Notes under the pieces: model-generated
Databases searched by the model: none
The model's input: only the letters and a program-made list of their open reading frames with translations
Told to the model about the DNA's origin: nothing
Translations under genes and position numbers: made by a program
Shown: one piece after another, positions 1 to 12,467 of the stretch
Layout of the letters: each line of letters starts with the position of its first letter
Position numbering within the stretch: position 1 is the stretch's first letter
Source: Felis catus
Taxonomy: Eukaryota
Direction of reading: 5' to 3'
DNA: 64,000 bases
NCBI RefSeq assembly: GCF_018350175.1
Contig: NC_058368.1
Location: 102,922,001-102,986,000, forward strand

Positions 1-95
1 TGGCTGCTTTCACTCTAAAATGGCAGAGCTGAGTACTTGTGATAGGGGCTGTGTGGCCTGCAAAGTAAAAGTATGTTTACTTTTTGGCCCTATAT
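1..95 (+). mobile_element. MER58-like hAT-Charlie MITE, 3' part (cut by window edge)
   Basis: tggctgctttc..ggcagagctgagtacttg..gtggcctgcaaag..tttactttttggccc resembles the recalled MER58A 3' half. Confidence 0.7.
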
Positions 96-560
96 ATGAA
101 TATGTATGAACACTTAGAGACGAATTTTTAAATTTCTTGGTAATTTTATCTCAAAAGACCAAAAGCTCTCGACGTGGGAGAAAGCAATCGAGGAAGAAGG
201 CATGGTCCTATCTTAGAGCTTTGCCTGATGGGAATGGAACAGAAGGATCTCTAAGTAGATGTATTTGTACACAGACATACACATAAAACGAAGCAAAGAG
301 AAGGTCTGATTTCCCTTTGAGGAGACTCCCTCATGCTTTTGACTTTATTGTGATTTAATGTTCAAGTCAAACCTCTAAAGCCACTCCTGGGCCTTACTTT
401 GTGAAAGTCCAGGAGGAATTCAGACGTTCTGCTAGTCAGTGATAAAAAGGAGACCAAGCCTATCCATCCTCTTGAAAATGGGAATTGAAGCTGGACACTA
501 AGTTGTTTTGAGTGCCTGCAGGAGGCCACCAATTGTTATAGAGTATTCTATTCATGTTTC

Positions 561-796
561 TTTTCTTTTTTTTTTTTTTTTAATTTTTTTTTTCAATGTT
601 TATTTATTTTTGGGACAGAGAGAGACAGAGCATGAACGGGGGAGGGGCAGAGAGAGAGGGAGACACAGAATCAGAAACAGGCTCCAGGCTCTGAGCCGTC
701 AGCCCAGAGCCCGATGTGGGGCTCGAACTCACGGACCCCGAGATCGTGACCTGGCTGAAGTCGGACGCTTAACTGACTGCGCCACCCAGGCGCCCC
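561..796 (-). mobile_element. Young Can-SINE (SINEC_Fc)
   Basis: Full tRNA-derived head, (CT)n body and A-tail; perfect 14-bp TSD tctattcatgtttc at 547-560 and 797-810. Confidence 0.97.
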
Positions 797-1293
797 TCTA
801 TTCATGTTTCAACGAACTTGAGATGGACAGAGAGTTCTTCCACCTGAAAATTGTTTAGACATGCTGAGTAACACTTTTAATGTATCTGTTGCATTCTCCT
901 GGATTTACTTAGTTTGACCTGAGTGGCTATTTACCTAGCAATGTCTCTTTAGGTTTGTAATTCAAATTGAGTGGAAAAAAAAAATAGAGTTTACCCACAC
1001 ATTGACCTCCGGACTCCAGTTAAGTCCTTGTGCCTGCAGAAGATGTCCATAGCTAAAACTACTATATGAGTAAAGAGTAAAGGAGGATACAGGATGAATG
1101 TAATCATTGTATTGAAGAAGCAAACTTAGTTCTTGGTTTGTGACTGATTCAGAGAGTAAGGGTCAGCATCCATCCTTTGGCCAAATATTGGCACCAAAAA
1201 GTTGAATTCATAACATTATGCCCCTATTTCAATGATTTAGCCTCAGAGAGAAAAAAACCTTGCAGCTATGCTCATCCCATACTACCGTACCCA

Positions 1294-1297
1294 CCCA

Positions 1298-1346
<49 letters not shown>

Positions 1347-1359
1347 TCATACACACACA
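1294..1359. repeat. (CA)n microsatellite, imperfect
   Basis: Direct reading of the CA run with a few interruptions. Confidence 0.95.
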
Positions 1360-1561
1360 TTGGCGCATGTTTTACAAATATAAATCCAAGTACGAATGAG
1401 GTCATTAGGTTCATTCATTCATGTCAGGTATGGGGCTATAGGTATTAGGTCTATAGCAGTGATTCTCGCAGATAGGGTCTTTTGAAGCTTATAGTCTGGA
1501 AGACTGAACTCTCAGGAAAATAAAGGCCAAGATTTGGAGCTCACCTTGATTTTTCTACTCT

Positions 1562-1781
1562 ATTTTTTTTAAGTTTATTTATTCATTTTGAGAGATGGGG
1601 GCGGGGAGAGAGAGAATGAGCAGGGGACAGGCAGAGAAAGAGGGAGTGAGTGAGAATCTCCAGCGGGCTCCCCACTGTCAGCCCAGAGCCCCACACAGGG
1701 CTCGAACTTACAAACCGTGAGATCCTGACCTGATCCTGATGAACAGTGGGACGCCTAAATGACTGAGTCACCCAGGCGCCC
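1562..1781 (-). mobile_element. Can-SINE (older subfamily)
   Basis: SINE body; TSD tgatttttctactct at 1547-1561 and 1782-1796. Confidence 0.93.
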
Positions 1782-2696
1782 TGATTTTTCTACTCTTAAA
1801 GCAGTAAACTTAGGGGAGAGAAAAACCAACCCCATGTCCATATGTTTCTTAGAGTTTCGGAATATATGTATTTCCTGGGTTTTGAAACTCTTTAATATTG
1901 ACTTAAAAAATGATTATGGTTAAACTTTTCTTTCACTATTAAAAATGCTTTGATTCTTATATGTGTCTGTTACCTTAACTGAAGATTCACAAATATATTT
2001 TAAGAGCCCCTCAAGAGCACAACTTCTGTGTTTTAGAAATCATTGGACAGCCATATCTAATAATTTGTGTTTCAGAAAAACAGATGGGTGGCAAGGTTGA
2101 CCCTTATTCATTTATTCATTCATAAATAAGTGATTGTGTGCCGAGCTGTATGCTGGGGGCAGATATAAAGGAGAGTTAAACATTAGGAGAAGGATGTCAT
2201 AAATGAAGTCACAATGATTGGAATGAGTCTCGTCAGAGGGAAACCAAGGAGAGCGAGGACATCCCCTTCATAGTAATGGGGACTGGCTGATAGAATCTCA
2301 GATTGAATTCTTGACTCAGGGAGTAATCAATATACAATGATGTGAAGTGGAATGTGCATCAAATAAGAAAGAATGTGTGAAATGTCTGAAGTGAACAATT
2401 CAGCGTGTGACTTGTTTGAATTCTGCAGGTAAGAGGTAGAAGATATTTCAATTGATTTCAACCAACCATGAGAGACCATGAAATAGGAAAAATATTTAAG
2501 TCAGCAAGGTGAAACAGATCCCCTGTGCCCCATCGTCAGGCAGTTACTTTATCTTTATAATTAAAAAAAAAGAACTTTGGGCATTTGTGTAGCCACACTT
2601 AGGTTATCTGTTCCTGAAAAGAAACCCTGCAAAATTCTGCCAAAAGTGAGCTTTCAAAAAATCGTGACTGTCATAAAAACATGAAAAAGGAACATG

Positions 2697-3055
2697 TGTT
2701 AAAGTTTTAATCCTGTTCATTAATTAATGAGGGAACCAAGCAGATTTTCTCATTGTCAGCCCAAAGGAGAAACTTAAGAACACGTAGACTTATAGGTCGG
2801 AAATACTGCAATGGATGTACATACGGAGAACAAAACTGTGTTTCGGGATGTGGAGAGCGAAGTCAGCTCTTATCCACAGGACAGAGTATGCATGTCAGTA
2901 GATAAGAATTGTTTTTCTTTTCCTAGAAGGTATTCACAATTTCTAGTTGATTGCAAAATTATTTCAGGGCATTCACAACTAGATAACCCTGAGGAGTATC
3001 TTTTAGAGTCCAGGCAATGCATAGTTTTTCATTGAAGCACAAATTCCTTCCTACA
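2697..3055 (-). mobile_element. Solo LTR, ERV1-class (LTR37-like)
   Basis: Minus strand begins TGTAGGAAGG and ends ttggttccctcattaattaatgaacaggattaaaactttaaCA (TG..CA termini); family name from memory; no clear TSD. Confidence 0.5.
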
Positions 3056-3147
3056 ATTCTAAATATGGAACTAGAACATTTTTTTTTTAACCTACAGTGG
3101 TTAAGGATCATTAAAAACAAAGTGAACAGTCCATTCCATTCATATTT

Positions 3148-5084
3148 ACCCACAGTTGAATTTCTTTCAAAATTGGAGTGAGTCCTCTCGAACCCTGCTA
3201 CTGCTTTATCAATGAAGTGTATGTCATGTTCTAAATTGTCACTTCAACTATATTCACATCATCTCCACTAGGAGTGGATTCTGTCTTAAGAAACCAGTTT
3301 ATTTGCTCATCTATAAGAGCCACTGTTTATCCATTCAAGTTCTATCAGAAGATCACAGCAGTTTGGTCACATCTTCAGGCTCCTGCTTCTAGCTCTCTTG
3401 CTGTCCCCACCATATCTGCAGTGACTTCTTCCACTGAAGTCTAGAACTGCTCAAAGTCATCCATGAGGGCTTGAATCAACTACTTCCAACTCCTATGCGC
3501 TTTGATATTCTGACCCCTTCCTATGAATCACCAATGTTCTTAAAGGCATCTAGAACAATGAATCCTTTCTAGAAGGTTTACAATGTACTTTGCCCACAGC
3601 TGTCAGAAGAATCTCCTCAATAGCAGCCGTAGCCTTAGGAAATGTATTTCTTCAGTAATAAGACTTGAAAGTGGAAATGACTCCTTAACCCCTGGGCTGC
3701 AAAATGGATGTTGCATTCGCAGGTTTGAGAATAACGTCAATCTCATTGTCCGTCTCCATCAGAACTCTTGGGTGACCGGGTGCATTGTCAATGAGCAGTC
3801 ATATTTTGAAAGGAATCTTTTTTTGTTTTGTTTTCTGAGTGGTACGTCTCAACACTTAAACTATTCAGTAAACCATGTTGTAAGCAGATGTGTTGGTATC
3901 TAGGCTTTGCTATTCCACTTATAGAACACAGGAGAATAGATCTGGCATAATTCTCAAGACCCTAGGGTTTGCAGAATGGTAAATGAGCAGGGGCTCCAAC
4001 TTAAGGGTCACAAGCTGCATTAGCCTCCAACAAGAGTGAACTTGCCCTTTGAAACTCTGAAGCCAGGCACTGACTTTTCCTCTGTAGCTATGAAAGTCCT
4101 AGCTGGTATTTTCTTCCAGTAGAGGGCTGTTTCATCTACACTGACGATCTGTTGTTTAGGGTAGCTCCCTTCGTGGATTATTTTAGCTACATCTTCCAGA
4201 TAACCTGCTGCAGCTTCCACATCAGCACCTCCTGCCTCCCCTTGCACTTTTGTGTTACAGGCATGGTTTCTACCCTCAAATCTCATGAACCAATCTCTGC
4301 AGCTTCAAGCTTTTCTTCTCCGGCTTCCTTACCTCTCAGCCTTCTTAGAACTGGAGAGAATTATCCTTGCTCTGCATTAGGCTTTGGCTTCAGGCAATGT
4401 TGTGGCTGGTTAGATCTTCCGACCAGACCACTAAACCTCTCTCCATGTCGGCAACAAGGCTGTTTCTCTTTCTCACCATGCATGTGTTCACCGGAGCAGG
4501 ACTTTTAATTTCCTTCAAGAACTTTCATTTGCCTTTACAACTGCGCCAAATGTGAAGGTGCAACAGGCCTACCTTTTGGCCTCTTGGCTTTCTGACATGC
4601 CCTTCCTCACTAATCTCAATCATTTGTAGCTTTTGTTTTCAAGAGGCAGACATGCAACTCTTCCTTCTCTTGAAGGAAGAGGCCAATATTGGGAAATGAA
4701 CTGGCCTAGTTTCAAAATTGTGTCTCAAGGAATACGGAAGCTGAGGAGAAGAAGACAGATGAGTACAGGCAGTCAGTGGAGCAAGTGGAACATTATCCAC
4801 TTGTTAAGTTTGCTGTCTTAACATCGGCACATCGGCACGGTTCACGGTGCCCCAAATGATTACCACAGTAATATCAACGGTCACAAAGACGAAACCAATG
4901 AAAACATTTGAAATATGCCAAGAATTACCAAAATGTGACGCAAAGACAGAAGGTGAGCAAGTGCCGTTGGAAAAATGGCGTGATGGACGTGTTTAACGCA
5001 GGATTGCCACAAGCTTTCAACGTGTGAAAAACATGGGTCTGCAAAGTATAATAAAGGGCAGAACAGTAAAATGAGGTAGGCCTG
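3148..5084 (-). mobile_element. Tigger1 (TcMar-pogo) DNA transposon, decayed, missing its 3' end
   Basis: TIR-like end gaggtaggcctg followed by TA at 5085-5086; continuous similarity to recalled Tigger1 transposase DNA over about 1.9 kb. Confidence 0.93.
4020..4286 (-). pseudogene. Tigger1 transposase fragment (end of CENP-B-type HTH to first catalytic D)
   Basis: ORF reads KVQGEAGGADVEAAAGYLEDVAKIIHEGSYPKQQIVSVDETALYWKKIPARTFI, matching the Tigger1 VDETA.YWKKMP.RTFI motif; adjacent frames broken. Confidence 0.9.
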
Positions 5085-5651
5085 TAATTTGCCTCTCGGT
5101 TACCCTGAGCAAAGGAAACAACCTGGTTTTATTTTTTAAGTGTCCAGCTCCGAATTACACAAAGGGAAGGTTCTCAAGAGACAAAGTCTTGGACCAGCAT
5201 TTCAGCTGGGACCATGGAGCCCCTCAGATTATCCTGTCTCATTCATTTATTTATTCCTAGGGTGAAGGGTGAAATGAGTTTGCCAACCAGGGTAGGGAGA
5301 GAATTAATAATACGAAGTAGACTCTGCAATCCCAGCCTGGTTCTAACCAACCAGCTGTCAAGATCCAGGCACAGAAGGCACAACCAGAGTCAGCCAGTAT
5401 GCTGGATAACAATGCACTTGTAATTTCAGTGTTATCTTGGCAGTGTTTTCCATTTCAAGTCTTCATAAAACAGAAAGTGTTGTAAAATGCTACGATTTAA
5501 GAAAGCAATTAACATACCTTGCTTAGAAAACATTTGGCAAAAGAAATATCTGTATCTACAACCATAAAGCAAATCTGTGATTCTACTTTTATTTAACTAA
5601 GACGTAAAAAAGGAGCATTCTCATACGGTTCCTCAAAAGCAAGTAGTTTCA

Positions 5652-5895
5652 GGGGCGCTTGGGTGGCTCCGTTGGTTAAGTATCCAGCTCGATTTTGGCT
5701 CGGGTCATTGCATGGTTCGTGACATCAAGCCCCGAGTTGGGCTCTGAGTTAATAGGGTGAGTTAAGAGCATGGAGCCTCCTTGCGTATCTCTGTCTCCCT
5801 CTCTCTCTGCCCCTCCCTTGCTCATGCTTTCTCTCTCTCTCTCTCTGTTTCTCAAAATAAGTAAATAAATAAACAAACAAACATACATTTTTTTT
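5652..5895 (+). mobile_element. Can-SINE
   Basis: SINE body; TSD aaagca(a/g)gtagtttca at about 5636-5651 and 5896-5911. Confidence 0.92.
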
Positions 5896-6244
5896 AAAGC
5901 AGGTAGTTTCATATAAGCTAGTTTATTTGTTCAACACATTCAACATCAGTGACTGGTTTTTGAGGATACGGTGATTAATATACAAAGAACTTTTGCTGTG
6001 CTTAACACTCGTTAAAAGTCAAAGACACTTCTGAGAATTTCACAAAACTGATAGTACTTCCCAGAAAAATGTACAAAATCTGCAAAAAATGCATTTATTC
6101 GCGTTTTCCAAATTATCTTCACCATGATAATGATAATGGGGAATGAGAAAATACGAATGATAGTAATAGGCGCTGGTTACTATCCAAGAGTTAGTCATGG
6201 GGTAAGTGACCGAAATGTAGGACTTCATCAAACCTTAAATATTC

Positions 6245-6493
6245 TTTTTTTTTTTAAGTTTATTTATTTTAAAGTTTTTTCTTTTAAGTTCATTTATATT
6301 TAGAGACAGTGTGAACACGTGTCTGAGCGGGAGAGGGCAGAGAGAGGGAGAGTGGGAGAGAGAGAATCCCAAGCAGGCTCTGCGCTCACAGGGCAGAGCC
6401 TGAGGTGGAGGCTGATCCCACAAACAGTGAGATCATGACCTGAGCCGAAATCAGGAGTCTGCTGCTTAAATGACTGAGCCACCCAGATGCCCC
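6245..6493 (-). mobile_element. Can-SINE
   Basis: 17-bp TSD tcaaaccttaaatattc at 6228-6244 and 6494-6510. Confidence 0.94.
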
Positions 6494-6519
6494 TCAAACC
6501 TTAAATATTCCTATCTGGT

Positions 6520-6620
6520 CACTTTAGTATCCCCAATCTACAGATCAGGTGACTGAAGCCTAGATAAGTTATGTAGGTGACTCAGGGTCACCTACAGTAG
6601 CCAGGATATGGCTACTCATC
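6520..6620 (-). mobile_element. MIR fragment
   Basis: atccccaatctacagatcaggtgactgaagcctaga..gactcagggtcac resembles the MIR core. Confidence 0.55.
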
Positions 6621-7679
6621 TTGAACAGCTACCACTTTTGTTTTCAAGTAAATAGATGGCATGCAACGGAATAAAATCCTAAATAGTTTGCTTGTATATA
6701 CACCTAAGTCCGTGTTTTGCCGTTTTGCTATTACTGCCGTGTAATATCAAGCGTTCAAAGAGAGAATGGTTACTTCTCACAGTTTTAGGGTGAAAATGGG
6801 AAAAAAATGAAAACAAAGTAAGATGCATGGAACTTTGGCAAAAATAATTATGTAGCTCACAAAGGAAATATCTGGAAACTATCAAGAAAATAGACTATAA
6901 GGTCTTGATTGCACGAACAGGACCCAAACTCTGTCCTTTCTGAATTGATGATGTCACGCGATCCCTTGACTCATTTCTCTGGAATTCAGAGTTACCCATC
7001 ATTTTGCAGAGTCGTCACATAATTTCCCTCAAGCTATCCAGAGGAGCTACAGAAAATAAAACAATGATTTTATGTCATTGCTTCGCTAATGCCCTGGGAG
7101 CTATTCAGCCCACCCACATTCTATCAAGATGTCATTATGGGAAGAATAAGCTCTTTGTAACACAAGGCAATATAATTCCAAGAATGTGGTGTTGTGTGTG
7201 CCTGTCATCATTATAAAAACGTCTATTCAAGGAACCTACAGGCATCTCATGGTTCATCTCTTTCATCCAATTCTGCCTTGGATCATTTGCATGTAAAATT
7301 AGCAGAAGAAGGACTTTGGTAAATGGAAACCCAGGGTCTGGTTCACTTAGGAACTCAATCCTCCCCACCTCTCAATTCCGCGTCCTGGAGTGAGGAACAC
7401 AACACCAGGTAATAGTGAGGCCACACTGGTTACTATACATCATCACCTTCTTAATTCCTATGGATTACGTTTATGATGCCGGGAGAATCAAGAGTGACGT
7501 ACGGGTACAAAAACAGTACTGCTTTTGCTCTATCGTAGTTTGATGTCCCACACAATTTAGTATTCTCCGCCCCCTCCCCCCCCCCCCCCCCCCCCGCCCA
7601 GAATGAAGACAAGCATAAAACATTGTTCTATATTTGTTTTATTTAGGAACTCTGTGTTTACTTTGGGGGGGGGTTGTGG

Positions 7680-7990
7680 GCAGTTTAACATACTGGTTAA
7701 ATGCATAGCCCTCTGGAGATAAGATACTTTATGTTCAAATCCTGGCTCAACAATGTTATTTGTTCTGCACCAGGGTTCTAAAACTTTCCAGTGTATCTAA
7801 ATGACTTGGAAGCCTTGTTAAAATGCAGATGACCAGGCCATTCCCAAAGATTCTACACAGGCGTGAGACAGACCGCCCAATAATTTGCATTTTTCATGAA
7901 TTTCCAGGTGTTGCTAATACTGCGAATCCAGAGACCACACTTTGAGAATCACAAAAGCATCTCAGAACCTCAGTGCCCTCATCTGTAGGG
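7680..7990 (+). mobile_element. MIR split by a MER5A insertion
   Basis: tggttaaatgcatagccctctggag..gttcaaatcctggctc on the left; aacctcagtgccctcatctgta on the right. Confidence 0.55.
7771..7952 (+). mobile_element. MER5A (hAT-Charlie MITE)
   Basis: cagggttctaaaact..cttgttaaaatgcagatg..atttgcattt..gaccacactttgagaatcac. Confidence 0.8.
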
Positions 7991-8200
7991 ATACTAACTA
8001 GCAGTTTTTTTTTTTAATAAGGTTGCTAATTTCCCAAATACCATGATTTAGCACAAAAAAAGCAAACCAAGCCAAAATGGGTTATTTCAACGTAAATTAT
8101 AACCCATTGAAGAAATTGTGCTGTTTTTAGTTTTTTAATTGTGCTATTTAAGTAAATCCTGTATGTGATAATCTGGGCTGTCGTTAAGAATACACGACTA

Positions 8201-8415
8201 GGGGCGCCTGGGTGGCTCAGTTGGTTAAGTGTCCGACTCTTGATTCTGGCTCAGGTCATGATTTCATGGTTCATGAGTTCGAGCCCCACAGTGGGCTCTC
8301 CGCTGTCACCGCAGAGCCTGCTTCAGATCCTCTGTCCCCTTTGCTCTGTGCCCCTCCCCCACTCATGCTCTACCTTTTTCTCTCTCACTCTCTCAAAATA
8401 AATACATATAAAAGA
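8201..8415 (+). mobile_element. Can-SINE
   Basis: ggggcgcctgggtggctcagttggttaag head, CT-rich body, aaaataaa tail. Confidence 0.93.
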
Positions 8416-8564
8416 ATGTTTTTAACAAGCATGTGACTAATTTTTCTCTCTCGTAAAAGAGTTACTCGCTTTATCAAGGATTTTCAATCAGACCTTGGGA
8501 ATACTCATCCTCTCTCTACTGGTTAGCACCAACTTTTGATTCATGCCCAAGAATATGTGCCAGT

Positions 8565-9139
8565 TATGACAGACACTATTGGTTGTCTTCTGATGATTCC
8601 CTTTCCTTTCTGTTTCATCTTTGACTCCTGATTCCTCCAGGGAGCCACCTACCTAAAAATGGCCACACGCCTTAGAGAAAGGTAGACTCCTTTCTTTACC
8701 TTGAACACCCTGATTCATGTAAGCCCCTGATGGTGGTCTTACTGTATGAACACAGGATGCAATTCTGGTCACAGAGAAATATGGGTGAGTCTTCAGGTGG
8801 CTCTTCCGGGAAATGGTTTTTATTCAGATAAAGTACCACTTAGGAAATGCCACCTTCTTTTTCTGTTGGCTCGAGAGGCATAAGTTGCTTGGTACTACTT
8901 GGTACCACTCCCCGGTGGTCTCATGGCCAGAAGGGGAGCCGGCCTGAGAACAATCTGATACAGTGAGGACGGGAGAACGGAGATGAAAAAATATCCAAGC
9001 CGTTGACAGAGTTAACTAACCTTGGAATTGCTTTATCTTCATGCTGTCTGTTATACAAGATAATGCGTTTTCCTTATTGTTTAAACTACTTCCAATTCTA
9101 TCTCCAGCTATTTGCCACTGAAGGTGTCTTAAGTGATAA
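8565..9139 (+). mobile_element. MaLR solo LTR (MLT1J/K/L-like)
   Basis: Begins ..gacagacactattggttg; ends tttccttattgtttaaacta..tttgccactgaaggtgtcttaagtgata, like MLT1 termini. Confidence 0.6.
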
Positions 9140-9673
9140 ACCAATTTATAAAGCATATTATTCTTGGAATTAATTAAAATGATCAGAGTAGTCTATGCCA
9201 GGGGTCTCATTTTAGCTGCAGCATTAATGGACAATGTGACTGAGCAAATTATTTAACTTCTCTTGGCTTCAAATCCCTCGTTTGTATAATGATGCATTGG
9301 CTGAATCATCTGGAAAGTCACTCCAAGTTGAAAATGCTGGGACTATTTGATTCAGTGCCACATGAAACATGCTGATGCTCTCTATGCCCATTGAACAATG
9401 GATTACACATGTGTAACCCAACAACGACAATGCAATGACATGTATGTAATATAATGACCACACGCACTTTTACAATAATTTAATATCACACTACTTATAC
9501 GACCTCATTTAAGCAGAAGGAATATCTGGTCATTACTATGGTGGAATCACTTAAAAAAAGACAGTTCTTTAAATGAAATAACAGCAAGAAAGAACAGAGT
9601 CCTCATATTTTCAGTCTGGGGGGAAGATAAAAAAAAAAGATTCTCTCAAGGCACATTCAAATACAGAAATATG

Positions 9674-9888
9674 CGGGCATCTGCATGGCTCAGTCGGTTA
9701 AGCATCTGAATTTGGCTCCGGTCATGATCTCACGGTTCGTGAGTTCGAGCCCCACGTTGGGCCCTGTGCTGACAGCTTGGAGCCCGGAGCCTGCTTCGGA
9801 TTCTGTGTTTCCCTCTCGCTGTCTGCCTCTCCCCTAGTGGCATTCTGTTTCTCTCAGTCTCAAAAATAAATACACATTAAAAAAATTT
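9674..9888 (+). mobile_element. Can-SINE
   Basis: TSD aaataca(g/t)aaatatg at 9659-9673 and 9889-9903. Confidence 0.93.
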
Positions 9889-10229
9889 AAATACATAAAT
9901 ATGGACATGGGTATTTTAAGTTACAGGTCATTTGTTAAGATAATAAGAAATGAGACCAGCAATGTTTTTTTTTTTTTCTCTCTAGAAGTGTACTTATCTG
10001 TGTATCCACCACCTTTATTGCTATTATGGATTTCATACATATAATATATATATATTATATATAATATAATGTATTTCATACATTGTACGACTCACGTATG
10101 CAAAAATGTAATAGGAAAGTTTCTCTACAGCCGCCCGTACCGTAGCTTTTGGGCCCATAGCCGCTAACAACAAAAAATAACAAAACAAAAAGTCAAGGTA
10201 AAGCACTTTCAGATTTTTGTTAGCATATT

Positions 10230-10700
10230 CTGGGCCAGTATCAGTCAACTGAAGATATTCTCAACTATGCCCTTCCTTCCCTTCTCTTCAGTTCCAGGCT
10301 GGTTGCACTGTGGCAAGGACATGGGGCCAGTCACTGGCGCCCAGTCCCAATGCCTTCCAACGACATATAAATATCCCTCTGCTCTCACATCACTGCCGTT
10401 TATTCCTGGTGCATCCACAGCCTATCTGTTTACGGCCGCCATTCTTCTTCAGTCACACACTTCCTTTGGCGTCCTTCTGGTCCTGGCTATGGAGTGCTTT
10501 TCTGATTTGTAAGTCCACTGACTACTCGGCACACGTGATGACACGTGATGAAGGCACGCGTGATGTTGACGCGAGGGCTTTCGTGGGAATCCCACAACCG
10601 CCTTGCGCCTCACCCAAGAAGCAAGACACCATTCTCTGGTAGCCACACCCAAGCTTGTTGGGGTTCTTTACGGAGCGCTCATCCCTGGGTTTGGCCTTGG
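10230..10700 (-). pseudogene. Possible decayed class III (ERVL-like) pol relic, RNaseH-integrase junction
   Basis: Motifs in retroviral order across shifted frames: W-L-P..W..SW.RRKAVVG, HHVSSR, NQK, WMHQ, PQCNQ, Q.TDTGP. Confidence 0.4.
10531..10565. promoter_or_regulatory. Tandem E-box cluster
   Basis: CACGTG 10532-10537, CACGTG 10542-10547, CACGCG 10555-10560. Confidence 0.35.
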
Positions 10701-11129
10701 GGAGGCAGCAGCAGATCCCCAGCTCCCCAGCTTTGGATCCCTACGTAGGCCCTTCTGATCCCCCCCATCACAGCTGGTGGCATGCTCGGATCCTCTCGGG
10801 TTAGAATACTGTTCTTACACCAGGTCGTATTCCTTCAATTGAGTTATGGCTTGAACTCAGGGCTGTGAGCCCCTACAGCGCCTAATCTTGATGTGTAAAG
10901 TCACATGGTTGGACAAAAAAAAAATATCTTCATAAGCTTGGTCTTTGCTATTCGTGGCCGTTGCCTCTGCTGTGAGTTCAAAAAACCAGAAACCAGAGAG
11001 GAAGAGAAATGCCGAAGAGAAACACTGTGGCAATTATTTCAGAACTTCGCCTTGTCACGCTCGAAAAATAAGCAACTTGATTTTCTGTGTGTTTTCTCGA
11101 AACGACGCATGTATGTGCTTATCCTCAAT

Positions 11130-11330
11130 TTATGTATTTGTTTGTTTATTCGTTTACTTATTTAGAGAGCGCAAGTTGGGAAGACAGTCAGAGGGAGAGG
11201 GAGAGAATCTCAAGCAGTCTCCACGCTCAGTGTGGAGCCTAGTGAGGGGCTCGATCTCATGACCCGGGGATCATGACCTGAGCTGAAAACAGGAGTCAAG
11301 GATGCTCCAATGACTGACACCCAGGCACCG
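11130..11330 (-). mobile_element. Can-SINE (old, diverged)
   Basis: gagagaatctcaagcag..gggctcgatctcatgacc..acccaggcacc. Confidence 0.88.
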
Positions 11331-11542
11331 CACTTGTTTTCTTTTTGGCTATGCCAGCATCATATTGTCACCTGCTTGAGCTCTCCCTTTCTCTTGTCAC
11401 TCTAACTTGGTGCCTCCATAGTGTCTTCCATGGCCACTGCTTTCTTTCCCTTGATACAGCTCTTATGTATCAGAGGCTTTTATTGCTTTTCTCTTTGATT
11501 ATTGTGGAAGTCTACTGATTCATTTCTATGCTTTCCTTTTCT

Positions 11543-11769
11543 TTTTTTTTTTTAAATTTTTTTTCCACATTTTATTTATTTTTGGGACAGAGAGAGACAG
11601 AGCATGAACGGTGGAGGGGCAGAGAGAGAGGGAGACACAGAATCGGACACAGGCTCCAGGCTCCGAGCCATCAGCCCAGAGCTCGACGCGGGGCTCGAAC
11701 TCACGGACCGCGAGATCGTGACCTGGCTGAAGTCGGACGCTTAACCGACTGCGCCACCCAGGCGCCCCC
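11543..11769 (-). mobile_element. Young SINEC_Fc inserted at the tail of an older SINE
   Basis: 18-bp TSD tctatgctttccttttct at 11525-11542 and 11770-11787. Confidence 0.97.
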
Positions 11770-11787
11770 TCTATGCTTTCCTTTTCT

Positions 11788-11998
11788 GATGCTTTACTTA
11801 TTTTTGAGAGAGAGAAACCGAGCATGAGTGGGGGTGGGGGTGGGGGAGGGGCAGAGAGAGGGAGACAGAAAATCTGAAACAGGCTCCAGGCTCTGAGCTG
11901 TCAACAAAGAGCCCAACGCGGGGCTGGAACTCAGGGACCGTGAGATTGTGATCTGAACCAAAGCGGAAGCTTAAACGACTGAGCCACCTTGCTGCCCC
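11788..11998 (-). mobile_element. Can-SINE (older host)
   Basis: SINE body; outer flank ctatgctctct resembles the same target site. Confidence 0.92.
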
Positions 11999-12256
11999 TA
12001 TGCTCTCTTTGTTTCTATTACAGTTCATCCCACATAGAGGTTGTTCGTTCGTTCATTCATTCATTCACTCATTCATTTATTCATTCAGGCGTTTATTCTA
12101 AAAACATTTATTGAGTGCCAACAGGGTACCTGGTGCCAAGCTAGATGCTAGTGATCTAAAAATGAGAAAGTAACAAAGAACCTCTCCTTAGAGACCTCCT
12201 TGAAGTCTTTCGTGAGAGAGAGACTGAAAACTACCTGATTGAAAAAGTGTGGCAGA

Positions 12257-12459
12257 GGGGTTCCTGGGTGGTTCAGTCGGTTAAGCGTCTGACTTCGGCT
12301 CAGGTCATGATCTCACTGTTTGTGAGTTAGAGCCCCGCGTCCGGCTCTGTGCTGACAGCTCAGAGCCTGGACCCTGCTTTGGATTCCGTGTCTCCCTCTC
12401 TCCCCGCCCCTCCCCTGCTCCACTCTGTCTTTCTCCCTCTCAAAAATAAATACCACATT
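12257..12459 (+). mobile_element. Can-SINE
   Basis: SINE body; degenerate TSD aaagtgtggcaga / aaagtgtatcaga. Confidence 0.93.
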
Positions 12460-12467
12460 AAGAAAAA

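Noticed and set aside
1177..1448. His/Thr- and Val/Cys-repeat ORFs
   Set aside because: Translations of the (CA)n microsatellite.
3148..5084. Possible domesticated TIGD-like gene
   Set aside because: Transposase frame is broken by stops and frameshifts, the 3' end is missing and a TIR remains, so it is a decayed Tigger1 copy.
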